DNA of 64,000 nucleotides from Trichoplax adhaerens (Eukaryota > Animalia > Placozoa). Below are positions 1 through 11,800 of this stretch, one piece after another. Below the pieces are notes generated by a model, which saw nothing but the letters and a program-made list of their open reading frames with translations, did no database searches and was not told the DNA's origin. How positions within the stretch are numbered: the stretch's first letter is position 1; every line of letters starts with the position of its first letter. The DNA is taken from NCBI RefSeq assembly GCF_000150275.1, contig NW_002060944.1:313614-377613 (forward strand), in the 5' to 3' direction. Position numbers and translations under genes: made by a program.

Positions 1-991
1 TTGTGCTAGCTATTTTTGAACTATCCACAGGTATTATTAAGGCCGGCTATTTCAAATTTATGCTCTTATGCTAATACACAATTATATAAATTTTAGTGCA
101 TTTGCTATGTTCCTCTAAATTAAATTTTTATGTCCACACTTGACACCACTCATAGAAACATGTAGATTATTAAAAACTCTGCAATTATTATTGCGCTGAT
201 TAGAACACTAATCAATACAAAAGAAGTAATTATGAATAAAAAATGCATAATGTCAATAAATAAAGTGCAAGTTAGATATTGTTGGCACCGTTCCAACATG
301 GCCGCGACTTCTTATATGAAGATAATGGATCATTTCGAATTAATCAAAGTCATTTAATGATTACTTAATGGCTATTTCTTGCTACATTTATGATTGAGTT
401 AAAATTTTGCAATGATGACCTATCATTAAGCGTAATACGTATCGTATGAATGATCGAAAGCTAAAAGTCGATAATGTTGCATCCACTACGACCATAATGA
501 TCAGTTAGTTTAAAACCTAACTGTCAATAATATGTGCGAGATTTCAGACTTATTAATATTCAAATCGTTGCAAGCAATCAATAAAGCGTCATTAATGTTG
601 ATGAAGTCGGAATAGAATCTAGTTGATACTAATTTATAAAGTATTTAAGTATTGACTAATTTGTGAGCAAAGCAAGCTGCCTCTTTAACAAAAATGATAT
701 TTATCGAAAACTTTGACATCATTGCATAACTGATGGTATACGTTTCCATTCGGGGCAAAGATTCTAACATAATTATTACATTTGAAGTTGGGGTTGAGTG
801 AAATAAATGTTACATTCGAGATGTATATTAAGTAATGCGTTGCCAATTAATTAATTAGTACCTCAGTGGTTTCCGAGATTAACACTTTACTATCCATCGA
901 ATTTACGTGATCATAAGTTTTATTCCAATAGAAAACCGAACTTCAAAGGCAACAGTAAATCAGCTATTGACTGTTTTAAATCTAGACTAAG

Positions 992-3900
992 GCTTACCAA
1001 TGACTACTTTTAAGCGCCCTCGCCTAGATGGCATGACATCGGCTTCTTCTCTAAGCTATGCTAAGGAATTGGACAAGTGCCTCTCAGGTATTTCATCCCC
1101 TATAGTAAAGCGTATGCAACTGCTGGTTTGCCACGATATTAGCACGAATGAAATATAGCTAGCTCACCTAAAAGGATTTTATTCCATTTCTACAGAAAAA
1201 CGCAAACCTAGATATACTTAATTAGGCTAATTCACGAATGATTTGACTTTACTTCAATTTTTTGTGATTATAATCATGTCAAATGAACAAATGATTGTCA
1301 ATGACATTGCATACTCGCATATGTTTTCGTAAAAACTAATACAAAATGCATAAAAGATTTAACTGAAATCGTTTGTCGACCTGATGAAAAGGTTTTTATA
1401 AAGGTATTACATGTAGTGATATTTATAAACTTATTCCATTGATGTATTGGCATGTAATTTAATTCTTCTGGTAGACTACTTGCAGCAGATATGGGAACGG
1501 ATTAATGCTTGCGACGAAACAATGAAAAATCACATTCTTCAATTAAGTATCTTTGAAAAAGGAATTCCTATTCCTCTTACTACGATAAGTACATTCTGGG
1601 AAATGTCTGAGGATCTGGTGAGATCTCAGTTAGAATTGATACAAAAAGAACGGCTGGCCTATGTTTACAGCAAAAATGGAAGGTAATATCGCCCTGCAAT
1701 TTTCCTCGCAGGTAGTACCAAACAGAATTTTTAAATTTGTTTGGACTGTGCTAAGTAACGTTGGAATTGCCTTCACGTTGAGAATGCGAGACGCAATTTC
1801 AAAAGACGTGCTTTAATAGAAAGGAAATCCTTAATGGATGATCGAATTTAATTTATTTTGATATCGTCTCTTAGTTTTTGAAATTATCATTTCAAGATTC
1901 ATGCCATAAAAGTGATTATCGTGAATCCTTTGATGGCTATGATGACATTTGCAATTACTAAAGATAGCAGTATCAGTTTACGAAACACCATAGAACGACG
2001 TGAAAATTCTAGTAAATTTGAATACGATGACATCATGCAGATAATTATTAATGATTAGCTTTAAAACTAAAGTACTTGTGCATTAATAAACACTGCTTAT
2101 GAGGAGATAAAACTTGACTGAAGTTCTAATCTATGAATATCTTATGATCACAGAAGAACTATATGGCATTAAGCTCCAATTTACCGTAATTAAAAGTTTT
2201 ATCTTGCCTGTAGAAGTTCATAGCTGTAGTATTTCATATCAATTGGTTTTATCATTTCCAAATACATGAGATAAAGTCATGCAATCCTACTCTTTTTGGT
2301 ATACGAGTAGCCATACTGTAGCAAAAGACTATTTGTACGGTGGCTGGAATTAATGTTTAATTGAAATATACAGTACATTGCAGACCTTTGCTTAGATTAT
2401 AGGTTGTTACTACTATAGTAGACTGCTGATTTTATAATTAGTCTTATACTGCTGCATGGTACAGATATGGATAGCAATAGAATAGAATAGAAATGTATTT
2501 CTCCTAGACGAATTATTACGATCATTGATTCATGTCCCTTTTTCCTTAAAAAGCCCATGCTGTAAACTGGACCATAAAGCTGTGGATAGTATTCGAAAAT
2601 TTTATCTGGATATTACAAAACAACATCAGCTATTCATTCAACGATGTCAAGTGAAATGCCAGCAACGGTGGCATACTTTAACAGACGACGGTTATATGCA
2701 TCAGCAACTTGTTAACCATGCTATTGCCGCCAATGATTTTAAAACTGTTAATGATTTACTGACTAATTTACATTGGATTGAAGTTAAATTTAAAGCTTGT
2801 CATTGTTTATCTGATCTACTACGCGATTATGATATTTGTGAGGGACGGCTAGACGAAAGCGTAAGTATGGTGTATATCATAATTTTGCAGATATTACTAA
2901 TATAAAATAAAGTCGATAGCTTGCTGTTACGGATGTAGCATATGTTTACATGTATTGTAGCAGTATCAGCTTGGAATCATCGTTCCTGCCTTGATTATTT
3001 TTACATAGGATTGGCTTAAAATGCAACCATTTGCTCAGCTATTTCGTCAATATGGGTCTTTCCTGGATATTGGAAAAGATGATCTTATACAATTTACATT
3101 AGAACATACTGCCGATAATGAGCTTCATCATCAAGCTTGGCAAATGGCCATGGAACGCCAGGCAATGAAAATTGGTCGGACCTACTTTGAATTAAAGTAA
3201 GTCCAAGCAATCTTTGATCAGTTCGTCTAATCTTATCATTGTACTAATATCGATGTGGTTACTAGAAATAAGAGAACTCTTTAGTATACCTACCGGGAAT
3301 AAAATGATTTAATCCAAAGATAAAGTTAATCTTATTTAAATTTTACGAATTTGTTCGTTTTCTTTCTTGTTAATTTCCCGCTAGATAACCTAAAGGCTTT
3401 ATGAAGCCGTAGCTGCAATGTGATACCTTTGTTTATACATCTTTTATTATATATATCATGATCTAAAAACCTTTTGCAATCGATTAATTATTAATTTCCT
3501 TCATCAAGATACCAAAATGAAATTCGCGTAAAGCCACCATGGGAACAGTGCATCCATTTGCCATGTACATTAAATGAACGTCTGCGTTTGTATATCCGAT
3601 GCTCTAATCCTGAGTTTGGGAAGCTTAGAATGGTAACATGTACAGATAGAGAAATTTACGTAAGTGATATCTCCATGTTGGAATAAAAGCATCATTGTAT
3701 TTAATGCATTTTAAATTTCAAACTTTTAGAAAGTATTTCGATAGAAATTAAGCCTTGTTAAATAATTTGATGGAGCTAACTAATATTAATATAAGCAATT
3801 TTGTAAAGGATAAAAAAATGGGTATTGATTTGGAGTACTAATAAAGAAAATATTAATCACTCATATTTACTTTTTCTGTCTTATCTTAGGTTACCGATTT

Positions 3901-6900
3901 CAATAAAATAGTTACCTTCAATGCATATAGAGGCTGTTCTGCTAAAATATCTCCAAATGGTAAAATCATTGCATACGTAAGTTGAAAATGATCAACATAT
4001 TGTTGCATGGTGATTTGTAACTTTTATGCGGTTAAAGATTTTAAATGTAGTGGCTGGCTAAATAAATTTCACTATCGGAACACTTTACATCTTGCATAGG
4101 GCAAGAATAGTAAATTTTTGGTTTATAAGGGGATATGTATTGATGATATTTAAATTTTTAGTCATCAGTGCTTGAATAATGTTATTACATCAAGTATCTA
4201 TTAGATCTTACCCTTAGTAGAAAGATGGAAGACGTAAATCTGAATCAAGAATAATACTTTCATTTATTTCGCATCGAATTATAGCCAGACTCAAAATATA
4301 AATGGCAGGTGTGGCATATTGAGAAGCAAGTGTGGCTACATTTTGTAAGAGTAACACGAAAAGCAGACAAACCTTCTCCATTTCTAAAATGCAATGAGAT
4401 TGAATTCTCTCCGAATGATAATGATGTTATTATTTCATGGAATGGAAGAAAAGTGCAGGTATTTTATCGTAGTTCTTAGATCTTTGGGATATTGCTTATT
4501 ACTGTTGGCGTCGCCATCTAAAGTGGATTGATTACATCATAACTCGTTTATTGCTCCAAAATAATTACTTTATAAAGCGTAAAATTGTGAAACCTTAAAT
4601 ATTGAATGAGCATCAATTAATAGAGTAGAGAAAATTGCCTTGATAAAGGTAAGAGACTGTTATTGTGATGTGGGTTATTAATAAAGATGTGTAAATTCTT
4701 TTAAATTAGGTTTGGAAGTTAGTTGATGAAATCTTCCATTCGGATAAAACTTGGATTGCTCATCATAATGACATCTTGCTCTGCCAGTTTGTCGAGGGCG
4801 GTCAAAAATTAATCACTTGGTGCTTGTTTAAGCAACAGTATACCCCACTTAACGATCCTGGTCAGTTCATTCCAAAGGCATTAGGACTATCTTGGAATAC
4901 TGAATTGAAGGTAACCTTAATTTCTCCGAACTTACTATGTTGCCACAATTAAAACTGCATGCTAATTATATCACGAGGTAAAATATCAATAAGATTGAGA
5001 TATCATTGATATATTTTATTTCTGTTCTATACTAAAGTAAAAGTTCGCTGACCGTATAAAAATAAGAAATAAATTTGTTGTAAAGCAATCAGTTGTAAAT
5101 TAGCAAAGCATAAGTAGGTAAACATATTTTCATCGGTGAATTGGAGATTCATTCCAATCATCCATATTATAGTCAAATTTTAATATTCATGTTACTGTAT
5201 GATTAAAATCGATTCTAGAAATTAATGTTAATTCTAGCTGTAATTACTTTCATCTCTGTAGTAATTATTCAATTTTAAAGCGAATACTAGTGGTAACTGC
5301 ATATTGAAAAAAAGGAAACATGAGTATTATTCATTATTCTTTCCCTCGAGACAGGTTTGGTCTACCGAAAACTATAGAGAATTACAGAAGATTAAGCTAA
5401 AATATACCTTGTTTAGGAATCAGTTTGTAGGATTACCGACAGTTCTCTTCCAATTTGAATGCACTAAATACGTTAATAACGATTTATTACTCGTCGACTG
5501 TAGCAGTTCCGTCAGCGATCATAAATATTACACCGTACCATTACATGATTACAACGATAAAAATGGAATAGTCATAGAAAACTGTCGACCACCGTCAGAG
5601 TATCAATGCCAATATCTTGATAATATGGATAAAGTATCTATATTTGATAACGGTAAAGGCTTGGCAGGCTTATATTTGCAAGAAATTAAGGTCTGTTTTA
5701 GTAGATCGTCTGATTGACCCGTGTTTGTTGCCATTTTTGGGTTTTAAGCCTTTATTGCGGAGATTGGTGTTGAAAGATTTCTTAATTGTTTTGCGCACCG
5801 TAGATTTATTTATATGAACGTAATGGAATGGTACCCTACCAGACCATCGATTTAGGTGCCGATATTTTATGGCGAAGTTTTCAATTTGTTCCTGGTGCGG
5901 ACAATAGATTTATTTTCGCCGATACGGAACGATGCTACTTAGTTGCTATTAAAGACGACAAGGATCCAAAGCAAAGTAACCATTCAATTCCTGCTGTATT
6001 TGGCGACGTACAGTGCCAACGTCTTGAATTTATTGATGGTGTTATTGTGTGCGCCAAAATTATATCAACGACTGATGGAGAGCGATTTCTACAGGTTGGT
6101 CCTTTTTAGTACCTGTATAATATTGATTTCTAAAATTGTGCCTGGGTCTAGGAATAACTTGTTAGAGGAATGAATTTAATTACTACTGATATTTTAATTT
6201 TATCATATCGATTATAACAAGCTGTCTATGGATATAATCCTCAAATTTACCTAGATTCTTAATGATTTCAGATATAATATAGTTTCAATGATGAAGTAAT
6301 GACTCTTGTATAACCTTAGGTTTATAAAGGAGACGATTTTCAATTGATAGATCAAACTATTTTGCGACATGGTCGAAGAGCTGATGTTGGCGTTAATTGC
6401 CACTTATTTAAAGATTGGAATTACGTAGCAATCGTATATTTTATCGAACAACGCCAGGAATCACGACTCTATTTTTCAATTACGGTATTTTTTCGACGAT
6501 ATCTTGCAATAGGACTGAAGAGTATCCAGTTATTTTATCCATCATATTACATTTCTTAAATCATTCTATAGACTTAATTTTTACTTTTAAAGCATTGTAA
6601 AAAGTATTTTAGTGACGTTTATGAATGTGCTTTTGGCTATTTGCCATTTAAATTTTTTAAAGAATCAATGCATCTTTTAATTATACCAGATTGAATCAAG
6701 CAGTTAAATTCAATAATTTATGCTACTGCTGCATTCACTAAGTATCCCTTCATTTTTCTTTTGTACGATGGAAGTTGAAAGATTTAGATAACCTATCAGA
6801 AGATATGTGGACTGTTCATCACAAGTTGAAGTTAGATAAATTTCCCGAGATGCATTACTATAAATATCGGAAGAAGGATAATAGACTGATTATATATAGA

Positions 6901-8316
6901 TCTCGCACAAACATAGTACGTCATTTTTGGTGTATGATATTAGAGTTCAAAACTATTACTGTTGTGCAATCGATATTTCAGCCAAAGCTTAAGCTGGATT
7001 TTGTATTGCCATCATAAAGCAGCCAGTTTGGTTGAAATATTTCCTAATCTTGTTATAGTACGCCCTGGTATGGATCTTAAACTGTAGTAATGGAGAAACA
7101 TTGGCTACATTTTATATGAGATCCTGCGATACCATGAAAATTATGCACTTATTTAATCGCTATCTGATAGCAGCCTCGGCCGGTGGTCAAATTCATACGG
7201 TATGTCAAGTGGATTACTTTATTAAGCAACTCTTAGAAACTGCTCTAATAAAGTTTAATTTCATAATCGTAGTTTAAGCCTATGTAAATGTTATAGCGCA
7301 ACATGTGCATTATCGAATATCAAGATTAGCATATTTGAAGTTGATTAACATATTAATTTATTGCCTTAGCTTTGTTTTCTGCATGACGGTCTTTAGATAG
7401 TTAATTAGACTATTAAGTTGCTAAGCCGATGGTACTCTACTTTACTATTCACAAGTTAAATTGATTTACCTAGCAATAATTAGAATCATTCCTTTTGACA
7501 TTCACGGTATTAAGTAGGTCTGGAAATTAGATTCTAATTCCATTGAAATACTGGAAAAAATCCAACCAGATTTAAATGATATCAGTCTCTTATCTGTGTC
7601 TCATGTTGATATTACTGATACTGGTCCTAAAGTTCAAACAATATCAGTTCCGAAGCATAATGAATACTTCGATGGATGGCATATAGAATTTGAAAAACCG
7701 GTAAGAAAGATCAATAACCAAACTAAGATCTTTATAGGAAGATGCCGCTATATTAATGTACGCAATAACTATTCTGACCCTCTCGTCATCTGAAATCGGT
7801 AAAAAATTAGATGACTAAGAATGGCGTAGAAATTTATCGGGTTGAAAATGATCAACGGCAGCTAATTCAAAGCATGACAAATTTGAGCGGACAATCTTTA
7901 TTTATCGTTCGAAATGGGAAGGATTTTACGGTAACTGATCTCATTACTTTGCTTTTCATGATATAATTATCTTATACTGATATATAATTTTAAGTTAACG
8001 AACTTCCTTGATACTTTTAGGCATATAATAGTAACAACAATCTTTTAATGAAAGTCTACCGTGGAAAATACTGCTACCCTAGCCAACCATTGGAATATGA
8101 AGTCCAGCTATGGTCCGATAATGATCATACTCTAGCTACATATTATGACGAAACTATCCGACTTTATACCATCGAACATGAACATTGGTTTCATACCATC
8201 CAATCAAAAGAGTTAAAAGATCTGAAATTTATACAAATTAGTAATGAATTCAGTCTATGGGCCTATAAAACCTTGTGCTCCTGCCCTTACTATATCAAGC
8301 CTGTTTTACCTTCATT
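992..8316 (+). CDS. APAF1: APAF-1-like protein, multi-exon (end of HD1 / winged helix / HD2 / WD40-like propeller region). N-terminus unresolved; C-terminus probably continues into the micro-exon array
   Basis: Phase-consistent GT-AG exons: 992(or ATG 1000)-1087, 1475-1682, 2554-2860, 3009-3196, 3509-3659, 3890-3976, 4285-4458, 4710-4910, 5355-5690, 5804-6094, 6320-6484, 6775-6915, 7059-7199, 7518-7700, 7811-7930, 8021-8316. Translation LQLSIFEKGIPIPLTTISTFWEMSEDLVRSQLELIQKERL matches the APAF-1 winged helix. GYMHQQLVNHA..LLTNLHWIEVKFKA and DLIQFTLEHTADNELHHQAWQMA match the APAF-1 helical domain. ISPNGKIIA, EFSPNDNDVIISW..KVQVWK and AASAGGQIHTVWK are WD40-like. This is a divergent paralog, not necessarily the ortholog. 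Confidence 0.8.
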
Positions 8317-8844
8317 GTAAGTTTATAGATCGTACAAGCACGTTTTAATTGAAATATTATTAATGCATACCAAGGAATTTTATTTGATCATTCGAAACTA
8401 GATCACAAATATAATTGTGACTGTTTATGAGCTTCATTAAAGTCATTTGAATATTTACTCCTTTCTGTACCTTCTTGCATCGGTTAAAGTAAAGTATAAT
8501 ATTAGCAAATAATCTATTGTACTAACTGTAAATTTCAATTGAATCTTACCGAAAAAATTTAATTTATGTAAGCCACGTGTCCAATTTGTTTACTTTAGTT
8601 TGCTACTAGAGCTACTTTAAATATTTAATAATAATAGCTTGCTTAAATTTTGCTGAATAAGCATTGTATATTTGTATACCAGTAGATAATTTATCATGTA
8701 GTCCTTAATTATTGCTTTATCGTCCGCCATATTCGCTTAACATAGCTTGATAATCGCATACAACAAACCTTTAGTGTACAATTTTGGCTATTATAATTAG
8801 GAATTATTGATTTCGATTGTGATGATTCTTTTTGACTTGCTCAG

Positions 8845-11800
8845 TGATAACGTTGAAAATATACCAATCATAATCAAGCCTTCTTCCGATGAAATGTAAC
8901 TATAAATTTATATTACTCCATTATTTTGTATTTATCATATATTTAGGTGTAAATATCTATTTGATCTTGTTCGTGTATCTTATACGTGAACGCTAATGTC
9001 AACTATTACTTCTATAATCGGCAATTAGAGCATTTAGACAACAAAAAGTTCGCTTCAATGAAGGAGATTTGATCAATCAAGGGTAATGAATGAAATCATA
9101 TTATTTTTTCTATTGCCTGATAGAAACATTCATGTACTTCAATTAACGTAGTATAGCATAGCCGTAATTTATTCCTATGATATTATCTATGTCCGTTGCA
9201 GCAGCAAAAGCATTCCGAGTGCTTTCTTAGCTGTTTGAGGTTAATTGTGATGTTGTAGAATTGTAGTTATCTCGATCGATCAAGATCTAAAAATTTAAAA
9301 GCTATTCCTATTTAATCTAACAATGTTGTTATACTAACGAAACCAAATAATTTTGATCATCTGCCACTTAGATCCCCTTCAGTGCAGAATACTGAAGAAG
9401 AAAGTCAAGTTATTAGTGAAACCATAACGTCGCAAATGTAATGCATCAATAATATTTAGCGATATCATTTGCTGCTCGGTGATTCATGAATTTTATTTAG
9501 TTAATTTCAATCAAAGAATAACGGTAGCGTTCTCTATGCATTTCTAATTATATTCATGAATGCGGTTAGTTGATAGATGATAATATAGCTATTGCTTAAT
9601 TTAAGCCATGTCGCTTTGATATTTCTACTGGAACCAATGACTAAACATCTACTCAATTTATGTTAAACTTAAAGGTTGTAATTATGCCATATCTGTTCAT
9701 GGAAATTGTCAATGCAAATTATTTTTAATACTTATAGCTATTCCGATGAAATCACAACTGTAGCAGATGTTCATACTAGCTGCCAACTGTAAGTAATTCC
9801 TTGCTTAATAAGACGAAATTTGTAATCTACTGCACAGTTCCTTAAATGGTGTCGCACTTGATTTTTATTTTAGAAATTCTGGCAATACTATGATAAAAGC
9901 AAATTCCCCTCCGATTCATGGGTAAATTTGATAATCTTTATTAGCTATTAGTACTCTATATCATTGAAGATGTGTATTATAGCTGAACTGCAAGTGCTCA
10001 CTTTTCATTTTTTATTCCTACAATTTAGTGAAGAAAATGCTCAGAGTATATCTAAAAATACGTTTCAAAGGTTAGTTAAGGTTAAGATAAGGCACAGATA
10101 CGAAAACTTTATATAATATGCGGTACTTCTTGTATGTTAATAGTCAAGAAACTGCTCAAGACAATCAAGAAGATGTACCACATCAACGGTAAGTTATATT
10201 AATTTAAAATCGATATTCGAAAAAATTTTTTATTTCTCTGATACATTAAATTTAAAGTAACACAAATTCAATCTGGTTTATCCTAGCCCTTTGCTTAGTG
10301 GGGATAATTTGAAAACGTTTGCTCTAGAAAAAACATCTGAACTGTTCGTCCCTTTTTTTCAATTTGAAATTAATTATTCAATGCCAGTCTATTGGCAGAA
10401 GTAAGTTAATTAACCGATTGTTTAATATTGTATAGATCTAATTCCAAGCCTGAAAATGCTTTAGACATTGAAAAAAAGACAGTAAAGACCCCGTAAGTAC
10501 AATGCATCGATTAGAAGTGCTGCAAATATCAAATTGTTAAGCAGTCGAGCTAACTTACGTTTCTTAATTGCCTATTTCTATAATAAAATTTAGGTTTAAT
10601 TTTAAGCCGAAAAAGGCAGCAGAAATTGATTGGACAACAACAATGAAGCAACAGTGAGTATTTGGCATGTAGAACTAGTCTTGAATTATAATTTACCTTC
10701 AAGTGATGTTGCGATTGATTATTGATTTCTTCAATGTCATCCAGATTTAATTCTAAGCCAGAGAATGAACTGGAAATTGAAGAAAAGAAAATGGAACAAT
10801 TGTGAGTATTCTGTATTTATGAGAAATTGAAGATAATCTTATATCATGCTGCAAGTAATGTAGTAATAATATGGTTATATCATATTTATACCCTCCATAA
10901 TATTTAGATTTAATTCCAAGCTTAGAAATGAGCCAAAAGAGGATTGGCTGTCAAATAAACCACTGTAAGCATATTGCATAAATTTGAAATTTAAGATAGG
11001 CTCTGATTTTAATCGATGTTGAAATATTCTAAGTATTTCAAACTTAAATGCGTATTTCTTTAAGATCGCCAAAGTTAAATTCCAAGCCTAGGATTGAACA
11101 AGATAGCTACTGGACGATGAAAAATCTACAGTATGTCCCTTTAATTTTCAAGAGTTTCTCAATTTGTAGTGGCTGTTTAAGTAATGTGCCTACTTACGGG
11201 TGATTTCTTGAATACTACCTAGATTAAAATTCGACCATGATAATATCCCAGATATAGAAAAGAAGCTATCTAAAAAATTGTGAATACAATCTATAGATCA
11301 GAAATTAAAAATGTACTCAGATTGAAATTCTTTGACATTAATGCAGCTATTTATTGCTTATTTCTTCAATATTGTCAGATTAAATTCTAAGCCTGAATAT
11401 GTACCAGACATTGAATGGCAGGAAATGAAAAAACAGTATTTAAATTAATTAGACATTTAAGATGTTCTTACAATTAATTTCTAAATGAAATGGTCGTTTA
11501 TTACTTATTTCTTTCACGATTATTTATTTGCCTGTTGCCGGAATATCTCCCAGACAAAAGTCTAAGGAAGAAAATACACCTGAAATTGAATGGAAAACAC
11601 TGAAGCAACAGTGAGTATATTCGGTTCATTAGGGATGCACGATATTACCTGGCTGAAAGCATTATCGAAATAAAGTTTTTTCTTTAGGCAGCAGCGATCA
11701 TATTAGATGAATTGATTTGTAAGGGTTATTTAATACGTTTTTTCTTCCTTTAATCATTTAGTGAAGAAAGTGTTCGTAAATTTGATAAGAATACTACACT

